Shown here in pieces: positions 8,197 to 16,766 of a stretch of 27,954 nt of DNA (its first letter is position 1; each line of letters starts with the position of its first letter). The notes below the pieces were generated by a model. The model saw nothing but the letters and a program-made list of their open reading frames with translations, had not been told where the DNA came from and searched no databases. The stretch covers positions 1 to 27,954 of the forward strand of contig JBBUBB010000022.1 of the NCBI GenBank assembly GCA_038058445.1, read 5' to 3'. A program made the translations under genes and the position numbers. This DNA comes from Patescibacteria group bacterium. Its GTDB lineage: Bacteria > Patescibacteriota > Minisyncoccia > Phycocordibacterales > UBA9973.

Positions 8197-9609
8197 CTAA
8201 AATTCAATAAATAAGAATTTACGCTTAAGAGTGACTGTCGCTTGATCTGAGGCTGAGTTTGTTCCATCAGTACAGTTGAGAGTATAGGTAGTATTAACTG
8301 TTGGGCTAACTGATACCCCGGTAGTATTTTGTATTGCACCGCCGGTGTTAAAGCCGATCCCAGAACAAGATGTCGCGCCCTGTGAACTCCAAGTTAGTAG
8401 TGCCGATTCTCCTGAGCTAATCCTATCAGGAGTAGCTACAAGATCAGCTATTATATCGCCTGGATCACCAACTGTCACAGTGACTGTCTTGGCGTCGCTA
8501 GCATTTCCATTTACTCCAGTACAAGAAAGTGTAAAGGTAGTGGTCGCGGTCAGTGCTCCAGTAGATTCATGAGGGAAACTACTACTTGTAGGCCTTGCTC
8601 CAGTCCAGGTACCGCTTATTGGACTAGCACTGGCCGTACAAGAAGATACATTGGCGCTTGTCCAAGAAAGAGTTGCAGAGTTACCCAAGAAAATACTGCT
8701 AGGAAGAGCGCTTAGAGACACCGACGGAGTTACAACAACTACTTGGCACGAAGATCCATTCCATGAAGTCCCGCCTGCACAACTAGCAGTAGCAGAAGAC
8801 TGGGCAAGAAGAACGCTGTTGTGATACAGATAGAAGTCTGTTTGCCCATAACTTAATGTCGCACCTTGTGAACCACTAGCTAGTGGACTTGGTGTAAAGG
8901 AAGCAGGTGAACCCGTGTTACGCGTAATAGAGGTAGGGTTTGCCGTTAGATCTGAGGTTGTCCAAGAAACAGAACCAGAACAACTAGAGCCTCCTGAAGA
9001 AATAGTACAACCTGTTACAGAAAGCGTCCCAGACGGTGACGGCACTGCGTTAGTTTCATTATCATCATTTGGATCATAAGCGCCAGTTAAAACATCGCCC
9101 ACATGACAACCTGGGTCATTAATATCAGCCAAGCTATCTTCTGGGTCAGCATTATCAATATTGTCGGAACACTCTGTAACTGCAGGATTTACTACTACTA
9201 AAACAGAACTATAAGCACTAACAGTTCCACCAGCCCAAGCTTTTATACAAGTAATATCAAAAGTATAGTTTCCAGCACTTAGCCCACTTACTATCGTCGG
9301 ACCACCACCAGAAGGTGAAGGTGATGTACCGTTCCATGAGGTTGACGGACTACTTGTGGCAGTACAACTGTCTGGAGTGCCTGTTGTTGTCCAATTCAAT
9401 ATTGTCTGGCTAGTCGGAAGTGTCATTGAAGTCGGTGTAGCGGTCAGGTCTACAGTAATTACGGGTGGAGAGCCAGCATCTACTGTGTAGTTTTCGGAGT
9501 GACTATAATATGTCCACGCTGCGGAAACCTTTGTACTAAGCCCAAAAGTAAGCACAAGAAACGATGCAAGTAATATTATATTTTTCATATTTGTTGTGAT
9601 TTTTTTCAT
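8197..9609 (-). CDS. Secreted Ser/Thr-rich protein with repeated Cys-containing Ig/PKD-like modules and an acidic putative Ca-binding motif (start at 9609 or 9588, not 9888)
   Basis: Signal peptide MKNIILLASFLVLTFGLSTKVSA. Repeated modules L-x-A-x-P...L-x-W-x-S/T...SC...Y/F-T-L-x-C. Acidic motif ECSDNIDNADPEDSLADINDPGC. C-terminal FLFIEF. A start at 9888 would overlap the upstream gene by 263 nt. Confidence 0.8.
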   Translation of the reverse strand: MKKITTNMKNIILLASFLVLTFGLSTKVSAAWTYYSHSENYTVDAGSPPVITVDLTATPTSMTLPTSQTILNWTTTGTPDSCTATSSPSTSWNGTSPSPSGGGPTIVSGLSAGNYTFDITCIKAWAGGTVSAYSSVLVVVNPAVTECSDNIDNADPEDSLADINDPGCHVGDVLTGAYDPNDDNETNAVPSPSGTLSVTGCTISSGGSSCSGSVSWTTSDLTANPTSITRNTGSPASFTPSPLASGSQGATLSYGQTDFYLYHNSVLLAQSSATASCAGGTSWNGSSCQVVVVTPSVSLSALPSSIFLGNSATLSWTSANVSSCTASASPISGTWTGARPTSSSFPHESTGALTATTTFTLSCTGVNGNASDAKTVTVTVGDPGDIIADLVATPDRISSGESALLTWSSQGATSCSGIGFNTGGAIQNTTGVSVSPTVNTTYTLNCTDGTNSASDQATVTLKRKFLFIEF

Positions 9610-9625
9610 TATTTTATATTTCTTA

Positions 9626-11587
9626 CTATGGACACGGGGTGATTTTAATAACTTGAATAGTTGTTTGGTTGTTATTATTAAAAACAACTTTCTCAATAGG
9701 ACCAGAAGTGTCGGCTCCAGTAGTATTTGCACAGTGGAAGGTTCCATCACTATCAGTAATTTGAACCGACCCTGAATCATCCATATCCACATTGACAAAT
9801 AAGTCATAGGCCCCGGGGTCGGCTGTAAACAATATTTCTCCTGGGTCATTAAGGAAGATCGGATCCGGATTTGGATTAACCACGCCATTCACACCAGCTG
9901 AAAATAAATCTGCCCCAGCAAAGCTGTGTAAAATTGGTACTATCTCGTCAATCCCAGCGCTGAAATCAACAGTAAATGTTTGCGGGAGTGGAGGATTTGT
10001 TGGGACATTTACATTATGAAGGACTGATTGGCCGGTATAGGAAGGTAAACTAGGTCCTACAGAGATAACCCCTGATGGGGGATTAAATATTTGGACTGGA
10101 TTATTATTATTCAAATTTATAGTTATAGCACTCAAGGATACATCTTCATCAAAATTATTATTATAAGAGACCACACTTCCGTCTATATTCATCGGATCAC
10201 CTTGACTATATGTTGAGCTCCCTGGGTTATTAACATTAGCGACATTTACTACTACATAAACATTACCTTGCGCCCCAATAGGCGGGTAAGTGTAAGCTTG
10301 AACCGATGAGAACGACATGAGGGTAACAATAAATGCAACCACTGCCAGCGGTGTAGTAATATTTTTATTTATTTTTTTCTTTTTCATATACTTTCCTACA
10401 AGAATGATGCCTAATAATATTAATATAATAAGTAATGCCCCTTTTACTCCACCAAATGTCCCACCGAACTCTTTGACTGAGGTTGTCTTTATATCAAATG
10501 TTTTCTCATCCAAAGTCATGCCTGATTTGTTTTTAAGGGAAACTGTAATAGACGGATTAAAACATGGACGCTTTATTGAGACCTCAATATTGCTTTTAAA
10601 GCCATTTATTTCATCAACACTGGTTTTGCCACAAAGTGCTCCTTTATCAGTTTTGATTACAACATCAGCAAAGGTCGGGACAGGCGGTGCAGACCAAAGA
10701 AGTGTTAGATTTGCCTTGTCTCCTGCCCTGTAATAATCCTTATCAGCTGAAACATTGACTATGGTCGCAGTAGCCCCACTGACACTGTATCTAACTACTA
10801 CGCTATTTGACTGTCCCTCTCCAAATGTGACTTGGGTTACATATATTTGTGGCTTTCTACCCACTGGTAAAGTAAGTGCCACAATCTTTTTTTCTCCAGC
10901 TTTGAAGGATATTGGTGCTACGTCCCCGCCTGTAACTTCAGCTTTCTCGCCACCGAGAGTTCGGTAATATGTTTGATACGAAGGAATAAAACTTAGCACT
11001 CCTGCTGAAGTATTTTGTGCTGTACAAGAAAGTTTGAGTGATTGATTACTACTCAACACCGGGCTCTCTGAAAGGGAGTGAGACTTTTTTTCGTTTGAAC
11101 CAACAATACTAGTAGAACAAGACTCTGGCGCGACGCTTATCCCTTTTTGACTAGCCGTGAAAGTCACATCCCCTACACTAACAACTCCAAAAGGAAATCC
11201 AACATCGTTATTACTAAAAAGATAAAGAGAGTACGTACCGGAAAGAGTTGCAGGTGCGACATACACTATACTTTTTTGTGTTTGGGAATTTTCAGCCAGA
11301 GTTAGTGCTTCATCATAGACCTTCTCATCAATAACAATATTTCTGTTAACTTTAGAATAAAGCCTAACACTATACTTTACCCCTGTTTGCACCCCCTTAC
11401 CATTAGTAAGTAGGAACGAGACATTAACTACGCTGCCAATTTGGTTTGCGATCTTGGCTCCTTGAATGTTTACATTAGCTACTGTAGCCATTTGCGGAGC
11501 TTTTGTTTGTGCTAGTGCGCTACGAATAGGGGTAACGAGTACACCGACACATAAAAGACTAAGGGCAATGTATTTAAATAGTTTCAT
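9626..11587 (-). CDS. Secreted/membrane-anchored hypothetical protein with beta-rich domains, a mid-protein TM helix and a second internal signal-peptide-like segment
   Basis: N-terminal signal ending SALA. TM segment GALLIILILLGIILVG at about aa 383-398, followed by MKKKKINKNITTPLAVVAFIVTLMSFSSVQA at aa 401-431. Confidence 0.8.
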   Translation of the reverse strand: MKLFKYIALSLLCVGVLVTPIRSALAQTKAPQMATVANVNIQGAKIANQIGSVVNVSFLLTNGKGVQTGVKYSVRLYSKVNRNIVIDEKVYDEALTLAENSQTQKSIVYVAPATLSGTYSLYLFSNNDVGFPFGVVSVGDVTFTASQKGISVAPESCSTSIVGSNEKKSHSLSESPVLSSNQSLKLSCTAQNTSAGVLSFIPSYQTYYRTLGGEKAEVTGGDVAPISFKAGEKKIVALTLPVGRKPQIYVTQVTFGEGQSNSVVVRYSVSGATATIVNVSADKDYYRAGDKANLTLLWSAPPVPTFADVVIKTDKGALCGKTSVDEINGFKSNIEVSIKRPCFNPSITVSLKNKSGMTLDEKTFDIKTTSVKEFGGTFGGVKGALLIILILLGIILVGKYMKKKKINKNITTPLAVVAFIVTLMSFSSVQAYTYPPIGAQGNVYVVVNVANVNNPGSSTYSQGDPMNIDGSVVSYNNNFDEDVSLSAITINLNNNNPVQIFNPPSGVISVGPSLPSYTGQSVLHNVNVPTNPPLPQTFTVDFSAGIDEIVPILHSFAGADLFSAGVNGVVNPNPDPIFLNDPGEILFTADPGAYDLFVNVDMDDSGSVQITDSDGTFHCANTTGADTSGPIEKVVFNNNNQTTIQVIKITPCP

Positions 11588-11650
11588 ATAATAAATGTTG
11601 TGACTCTACTGTTATCTAGCTTATATAGGTATAAGTATAGCAACTGGGCG

Positions 11651-11680
11651 AAAAAAAACACCCCTTAAACTAAAGGGGTG
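11651..11680 (-). terminator. Intrinsic terminator of the lipoprotein gene
   Basis: 8-bp stem CACCCCTT/AAGGGGTG followed by T8 on the minus strand, 11 nt after the stop. Confidence 0.8.
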
Positions 11681-11691
11681 CAAGTGCGATC

Positions 11692-12381
11692 TTAGTGTCC
11701 AAATTCCTTTACAACCGCTTGGCCAGCGGTATTTGTGTAAGATAATTTTAAGAAAGTAGAAGACAAATCACTATATGTATAAGTGATCGATCCAAAGGTT
11801 ATCTTAAAATTCCCCTCATCCAAATTGCATGGCCCAGCAGGTGAGTCGGGCAACCCTTCACAAAGTGAATACCTTTGAACAAATTTCATTATGTCATTCT
11901 CCATAGAAAATCTATAGACATAACAAGTTGAAGGCATAAGTGCCCCGTTTATGAAAGTTTTGTTCAGTTTCCAGTCTCCTGTGTTGCAATAATTCGTTTT
12001 TGTCAACGAATAAACATCGGCATTTGCATAGGCTGTAGTTGTACCATTTTTATTGGTAACAGCTATTTCAACCTGGACTGACCCGGTCACATTGTTTAAT
12101 GTGTAGGAATAACCGGCTTCGTTAGGAACAACAACGCCGTTAGCCTTGATTACAATTCCTGTAATAGGATCTGTACTGGTGACACCAAATGACCCAGTAA
12201 TAGATCCATTGAACCACCCTTTTGCAGGGTTACCAGCAGTAACAACTGGTTTTGCCCCAATGGCAGGAGGAGGATCACCAGGACCTGGTCCATTGTAACC
12301 ACCACCTTTATCACTGCAAGATACGAAAATTATAAGGATAAGCGATATCACGCCCACCCTTATAGCGTTTAAATTTTTCAT
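11692..12381 (-). CDS. Putative lipoprotein with a Pro/Gly linker, an Ig-like domain and a lipocalin-like C-terminal domain
   Basis: Lipobox IIFVS|C22-SDK, linker GPGPGDPPP, and a GDWKLNK motif resembling the lipocalin GxW strand. Confidence 0.65.
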   Translation of the reverse strand: MKNLNAIRVGVISLILIIFVSCSDKGGGYNGPGPGDPPPAIGAKPVVTAGNPAKGWFNGSITGSFGVTSTDPITGIVIKANGVVVPNEAGYSYTLNNVTGSVQVEIAVTNKNGTTTAYANADVYSLTKTNYCNTGDWKLNKTFINGALMPSTCYVYRFSMENDIMKFVQRYSLCEGLPDSPAGPCNLDEGNFKITFGSITYTYSDLSSTFLKLSYTNTAGQAVVKEFGH

Positions 12382-12582
12382 TTTAAAAAATTAAAGGATG
12401 AACGGCAATATTGCCAAGAAATTTATTGAAAAGGTACTCGCGTACGTTTGGAATCAGTATAGGATAAACAAGCCCAAATGTCAACAATTCTCCCCTAAAA
12501 ATGGGTATAAACTGTGGATATCAAAATATCTCCTTCCTTACTCTCCAACCAAACAAACACACCGAGGCCTTGCCTCGGTATG

Positions 12583-12611
12583 TTGGCAGAAAAATAGTTA
12601 TATGATATAGT
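12583..12611 (+). promoter_or_regulatory. Sigma70-type promoter for nusA-ppa
   Basis: TTGGCA-N17-TATAGT with an extended TG, followed by a structured leader of about 100 nt. Confidence 0.55.
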
Positions 12612-12669
12612 TGCACTTGTAAATGTCCGGCCGAAAGGTGCGGACGTTTCTGTTAACCCCTTACAAATC

Positions 12670-12699
12670 ATCCGCCATCCGCCCATTCCGGCGGAGGCG
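12670..12699 (+). repeat. 30-bp GC-rich palindromic repeat, copy 2, in the nusA leader
   Basis: ATCCGCCATCCGCCCATTCCGGCGGAGGCG is 29/30 identical to the pgk copy. Confidence 0.9.
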
Positions 12700-12718
12700 A
12701 TAACAATCAAATAAATAT

Positions 12719-13939
12719 ATGTTAGATATCAAAGCCCTCAAAATTGCCATAGAACAGCTCGAGAGTGAACGCCGAATTGGTCGCGACAAACTCATTGATG
12801 CTATTGAACAGTCTCTCGCTGCTGCTTACAAAAAAGAATACGGAAAGAAAGGACAGGTTGTGCGTGCTCACATAGATCTTGATGCCGGAAGTGTTGCTTT
12901 CGATCAAGTTAAAACTGTTGTTGATGACACACTGGTTTATTTCGAAGATGAAGCAGAGACCCGGGCAGAAACAGATGAACGCGAAAGTTATAACGAAGAA
13001 AAACACATCTTGCTCGACGATGCACACATTATGAAAAGTGATGCCAAAGTTGGGGACGAAATTGTTTTCAATCTAGAACCAAAAGACGACTTCGGTCGTA
13101 TTGCTGCGCAAACTGCTAAGCAGGTTATCATTCAACGCATTCGTGAAGCAGAACGAGGTTCTATTATGGAAGAGTTTGGAAGTAAAGAGGGTGATATCGT
13201 TTCAGGGCATATTCAAAAAGTAGATAAGGGTACTGTCTTTATTGATTTCAACCGGGCGACCGGTGTAATCCCGGCAGCAGAACAGATACCCAATGAGCGC
13301 TATGTTCGTGGTGCTCGTGTGCGAGGTTATCTTTATCATGTAGAAGAATCCCCTAGAGGCATTAACCTTCGCATTTCTAGAACACACCCAAAGTTCATGG
13401 AAAAGCTTTTTGCTCAAGAGTCTCCCGAAATAGCCAATGGTGTTGTTGAAATAAAAGCTATCGCGCGTGAGCCAGGAGCAAGAAGCAAGATTGCAGTTTG
13501 GACAGCTGATCCAAACATTGATCCAGTTGGTTCGTGTGTTGGCCAGAGAGGAGTGCGAGTCAGTACCGTCATGAACGAACTCGGTGGAGAAAAGATAGAT
13601 ATTATTGAATGGTCCGAAGACCCAGCAGAATTTGTTCAGAAAGCTCTCTCCCCTGCCAAAGTTCTAGATGTGGTACTCGACGAGACAGAGCATAAAGCAA
13701 GTATCGAGGTCGCTCCAGATCAGCTCTCTCTAGCTATCGGAAAAGGTGGACAAAATGTCAGACTGGCAGCTAAGCTCACAGGTTGGAAAATAGATATCAA
13801 AGGCGCAGAAGTGCCTGTCGACCCAGCATCAGAGGCAGAAAAACCAGTTGAAGGAGAAGATTTCAAACCACTTTCTGAATTATCAAATGAAACTACAACA
13901 ACTGTTGCAGAAGAAACAAAAGCTGAAACTGAATCCTAA
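12719..13939 (+). CDS. nusA: Transcription termination/antitermination factor NusA
   Basis: FGRIAAQTAKQVIIQRIREAER, S1 domain, IAREPGARSKIAV, DPVGSCVGQRGVRV, and SLAIGKGGQNVRLAAKLTGWKIDI. Confidence 0.98.
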   Translation: MLDIKALKIAIEQLESERRIGRDKLIDAIEQSLAAAYKKEYGKKGQVVRAHIDLDAGSVAFDQVKTVVDDTLVYFEDEAETRAETDERESYNEEKHILLDDAHIMKSDAKVGDEIVFNLEPKDDFGRIAAQTAKQVIIQRIREAERGSIMEEFGSKEGDIVSGHIQKVDKGTVFIDFNRATGVIPAAEQIPNERYVRGARVRGYLYHVEESPRGINLRISRTHPKFMEKLFAQESPEIANGVVEIKAIAREPGARSKIAVWTADPNIDPVGSCVGQRGVRVSTVMNELGGEKIDIIEWSEDPAEFVQKALSPAKVLDVVLDETEHKASIEVAPDQLSLAIGKGGQNVRLAAKLTGWKIDIKGAEVPVDPASEAEKPVEGEDFKPLSELSNETTTTVAEETKAETES

Positions 13940-13971
13940 TTAATAAGTAACTTTTAACTAAATAAAATAAT

Positions 13972-14502
13972 ATGAACCTCCTACACGAAATAACTTCAGG
14001 GCAAAATGTGCCCCAAATCATAAACGTCATTATAGAAATTCCTAAGGGCTCAAAAAATAAATACGAGCTTGATAAAGAAACAGGTCTCATTACTCTTGAC
14101 CGCGCACTGCATACTTCGCAGGATTACCCATTTGATTATGGCTTTGTACCTCAAACTCACTGGGCTGACGGTGATCCGCTTGATGTTGTAGTGCTTACCA
14201 CTTATGCTCTGAATCCTGGAGTTTTGGTGAAGGTTCGCCCGGTTGGAATCATAAATATGGTAGATGGCGGAGAGAGCGATGCCAAAATTCTTGGTGTCCC
14301 AGATCACGATCCTAGATGGAATGATGTTAAAGAACTCGCCGACATCAACAAACACACGCTCAAAGAAATAGAACACTTCTTTCTGACCTACAAAAAACTA
14401 GAACATAGAGAAGTACATATCGATAGTATTGAAGGAAAAGAAAAAGCTATCGAAGCTATCGAAAAATCTATTCTACTTTACAAAGAAAAATTTCAGAAAT
14501 AA
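13972..14502 (+). CDS. ppa: Family I inorganic pyrophosphatase
   Basis: EIPKGSKNKYE, YPFDYGFVPQT, DGDPLDV and DAKIL motifs. Confidence 0.97.
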   Translation: MNLLHEITSGQNVPQIINVIIEIPKGSKNKYELDKETGLITLDRALHTSQDYPFDYGFVPQTHWADGDPLDVVVLTTYALNPGVLVKVRPVGIINMVDGGESDAKILGVPDHDPRWNDVKELADINKHTLKEIEHFFLTYKKLEHREVHIDSIEGKEKAIEAIEKSILLYKEKFQK

Positions 14503-14528
14503 AAAATGCCTCCAGTTGGGGGCATTTT
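14503..14528. terminator. Bidirectional terminator between ppa and a convergent small gene
   Basis: AAAATGCCTCC/GGGGGCATTTT stem flanked by A and T tracts. Confidence 0.75.
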
Positions 14529-14535
14529 AATTTCT

Positions 14536-14757
14536 TTACCATTCCACAGCTTCTACGGTTTTTTTGTCTACTGCTCTTGCTAAGATTAAGCAAAAGACCC
14601 CAATAACACCACTTGACCAAAACACATTGTAGGCATCGTAACCACTCATGACACCAAAAGCTGCTGACAAGAGAGCTGCCCCAGCAATTATCGCCCCAAG
14701 AAGAAACAAAGAAAGTAACACTCGGGCAACACTGACTTTCGATACGCTTAATTTCAT
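14536..14757 (-). CDS. Small hypothetical membrane protein with 2 predicted TM helices
   Basis: 73 aa with two hydrophobic stretches. It occupies an otherwise empty gap and ends at the bidirectional terminator. Confidence 0.7.
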   Translation of the reverse strand: MKLSVSKVSVARVLLSLFLLGAIIAGAALLSAAFGVMSGYDAYNVFWSSGVIGVFCLILARAVDKKTVEAVEW

Positions 14758-14846
14758 ATAGCTGATTTAAGTTTCTAAAAAGGTTTCTATTACTATACAG
14801 TAATACTTACCCTAGTCAATCGTCTCTCATGGTGTATAATAGCGCT

Positions 14847-15368
14847 ATGAAAAAGACCTTTATTACAAGCCTTATAGCCCTTCTGGCCTTTGTGGCACCA
14901 GCTTTTGCGGAAGTGAAGGCAGATTTGTCTGCGTCTGCCCAAGGAGCCAAAGATACTCCTATCGAGATCAAAAAGCCTGAAATTAAACCCCTAACCAAGA
15001 AACAAAAGATAGAGGCTGATTTGCGTTCAACTAGTGCCAAACTCAAGCTTGTTGTTGATCGTACACAGACATTCGTTGATCTTCTTACCAAAAGAGAAAA
15101 AGATACAACCGATGCGCAACTTGCGCTCGATGAAGCAAGCGCTTCTCTAATGAACGCCAACACCGCTATAGACCAGTTCGTTGGTATTGTCCCTCCAGAA
15201 ATTATTAGTGAAACTGTTGATGGAGAGATAATAAAACCAAAAGAAGTTGTTGTTTACAAAGACCCACTAAAAAAAGCACAAGAGTTTCTGAAATCAGCCA
15301 AGACATCTCTTATCGAAAGCATAGCTAATTTAAAAGATAGTTTAAACGAAAAAGAAAGTTCGGAATAA
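14847..15368 (+). CDS. Secreted helical/coiled-coil hypothetical protein (start corrected to 14847)
   Basis: Signal peptide MKKTFITSLIALLAFVAPAFA. TATAAT at 14835-14840 lies 6 nt before this ATG. Confidence 0.8.
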   Translation: MKKTFITSLIALLAFVAPAFAEVKADLSASAQGAKDTPIEIKKPEIKPLTKKQKIEADLRSTSAKLKLVVDRTQTFVDLLTKREKDTTDAQLALDEASASLMNANTAIDQFVGIVPPEIISETVDGEIIKPKEVVVYKDPLKKAQEFLKSAKTSLIESIANLKDSLNEKESSE

Positions 15369-15372
15369 AACT

Positions 15373-15549
15373 ATGAATCCCAAGCATAAAAGTTTGTGGT
15401 CACTTTTCATAATCGTCGCCGTTGTTTTGGTGTTGCTTTTATTACGAAATAAGTCAGAACCTATTACTGTGACTCCCCAAGACAGTCCTTCTGACCTCGA
15501 AGCCGCTGTTGGTGATATCATTATTCCTGATTATTCTGAGTCGCAATAA
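15373..15549 (+). CDS. 58-aa single-TM small protein (below the ORF-track cutoff)
   Basis: MNPKHKSLWSLFIIVAVVLVLLLLRNKSEPITVTPQDSPSDLEAAVGDIIIPDYSESQ. Starts 4 nt after the upstream stop. Confidence 0.7.
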   Translation: MNPKHKSLWSLFIIVAVVLVLLLLRNKSEPITVTPQDSPSDLEAAVGDIIIPDYSESQ

Positions 15550-15605
15550 CAACCAATTATCTCTTTTTGGTGTTCCGTTACTTCCTATGTTAGACTCAGC
15601 TAACT

Positions 15606-16655
15606 ATGCCTAAGAAACCTATAAATATAGACAATTTGAAAATTACTGAACAGAAAGATGGGTCTGTCGAGATCAAGGGTGAAATTTCTTGGAAAGATTT
15701 TAGTGCCTTTGAAAAGAAGGCTCTTGGCCGTTTGTTGGAACACCTAGAAATGCCAGGGTTTAGAAAAGGCAATGTACCAGAGGAAATAGCCAAAAAGCAA
15801 TTAGGAGACCAGCTTATTCTCTCTGATATGGCCGAGCTGGCAATACAAGAGTTCTACCCTACTATTCTCGAAGAGAAAAAGATTGACGCCATCGGTCGCC
15901 CTAATGTCTCTATTACAAAGCTAGCCCGTGACAACGAACTCGGCTTTACTATTACCACCGAAGTTTTACCAAAAATAAAACTGCCTGATTACAAAAAAAT
16001 TGCCAAGAATGCTGAAGCGGTGGCCAAAGTAGCAACTACTGAAGAAGAGATAGATAAGGTGATTGAGGACCTAAGACAAATGCGCGCCTATGGCCATGTA
16101 CACGACCACACCGATGATAGTCATGGGCACACCGAACCTCTCCCAGAGGTAACAGATGAATTTGCCAAATCGTTTGGTAACTTCCAAAGTGTGGCTGACC
16201 TGCGTGCCAAAATCAAAGAAAATGTCCTGCGTGAAAAGGATCAAAACGAAAAAGACAAACGCCGTATTGCTATTATGGACGGTATTATTGCAAAGACTGA
16301 GTTCCTCGTTCCACCAATTATTTTAAAATCAGAACAAGAAAAAATGATCGCTCAAATAGAGTCTGATGTAGCGCGCAGTGGTATGGAGTTTGATGCTTAT
16401 CTCAAACACACCAAGAAAACTCGTGAAGACTTAATGGAAGAATTCAAGGGAGAGGCAGAGCGCCGTGCTCGATTCCAAATACTGATAAACGCTATTGCCA
16501 AAGATATGGATGTAAAAACTACTGATGAAGAAGTAGACAAAGAAGCAGAGAAACTTATGCAAATGTATCCCGGCGCCGATCTGGCTCGAACCAAAGCCTA
16601 CGCGGATATGATACTGACCAACGAGAAAATCCTCTCGACATTAGAGAGTTTATAA
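15606..16655 (+). CDS. tig: Trigger factor lacking the FKBP/PPIase domain
   Basis: Ribosome-binding motif PGFRKGNVP and C-domain LPEVTDEFAK...EAERRAR. At 349 aa, a His-rich loop occupies the FKBP position. Confidence 0.93.
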   Translation: MPKKPINIDNLKITEQKDGSVEIKGEISWKDFSAFEKKALGRLLEHLEMPGFRKGNVPEEIAKKQLGDQLILSDMAELAIQEFYPTILEEKKIDAIGRPNVSITKLARDNELGFTITTEVLPKIKLPDYKKIAKNAEAVAKVATTEEEIDKVIEDLRQMRAYGHVHDHTDDSHGHTEPLPEVTDEFAKSFGNFQSVADLRAKIKENVLREKDQNEKDKRRIAIMDGIIAKTEFLVPPIILKSEQEKMIAQIESDVARSGMEFDAYLKHTKKTREDLMEEFKGEAERRARFQILINAIAKDMDVKTTDEEVDKEAEKLMQMYPGADLARTKAYADMILTNEKILSTLESL

Positions 16656-16670
16656 AAACTACAGAACTCA

Positions 16671-16719
16671 CCCCACCTTACGGTGGGGTTTGACCTCCCC
16701 ACCAATTTGATGGGGAGGT
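16671..16719 (+). terminator. Two tandem GC-rich hairpins after tig (terminator-like)
   Basis: CCCCACC/GGTGGGG at 16671-16688 and ACCTCCCCA/TGGGGAGGT at 16693-16719, each followed by TTGAC. Confidence 0.65.
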
Positions 16720-16747
16720 TTGACTTTATGGCGCAATCAGGTAATGT
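16720..16747 (+). promoter_or_regulatory. Sigma70-type promoter of the LpxC-like gene
   Basis: TTGACT-N16-TAATGT, 19 nt before the ATG at 16767. Confidence 0.5.
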
Positions 16748-16766
16748 TAACAAAAATTATCTGCAC

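Noticed and set aside
9610-9888. Long N-terminal extension or overlapping reading frame of the 8197 gene
   Set aside because: It overlaps the upstream CDS in another frame, and the signal peptide begins at 9609/9588. There is no slippery site to suggest a programmed frameshift.
12404-12415. 12-bp palindrome GGCAATATTGCC upstream of the lipoprotein gene
   Set aside because: Several 12-bp palindromes are expected by chance in 28 kb, and there is no second copy or regulator gene.
12398-12710. ORFs of 70-71 aa and a DnaA-box-like TGTGGATAT in the lipoprotein-nusA gap
   Set aside because: The ORFs cross promoter and hairpin elements and lack coding character. One imperfect DnaA box does not indicate an origin.
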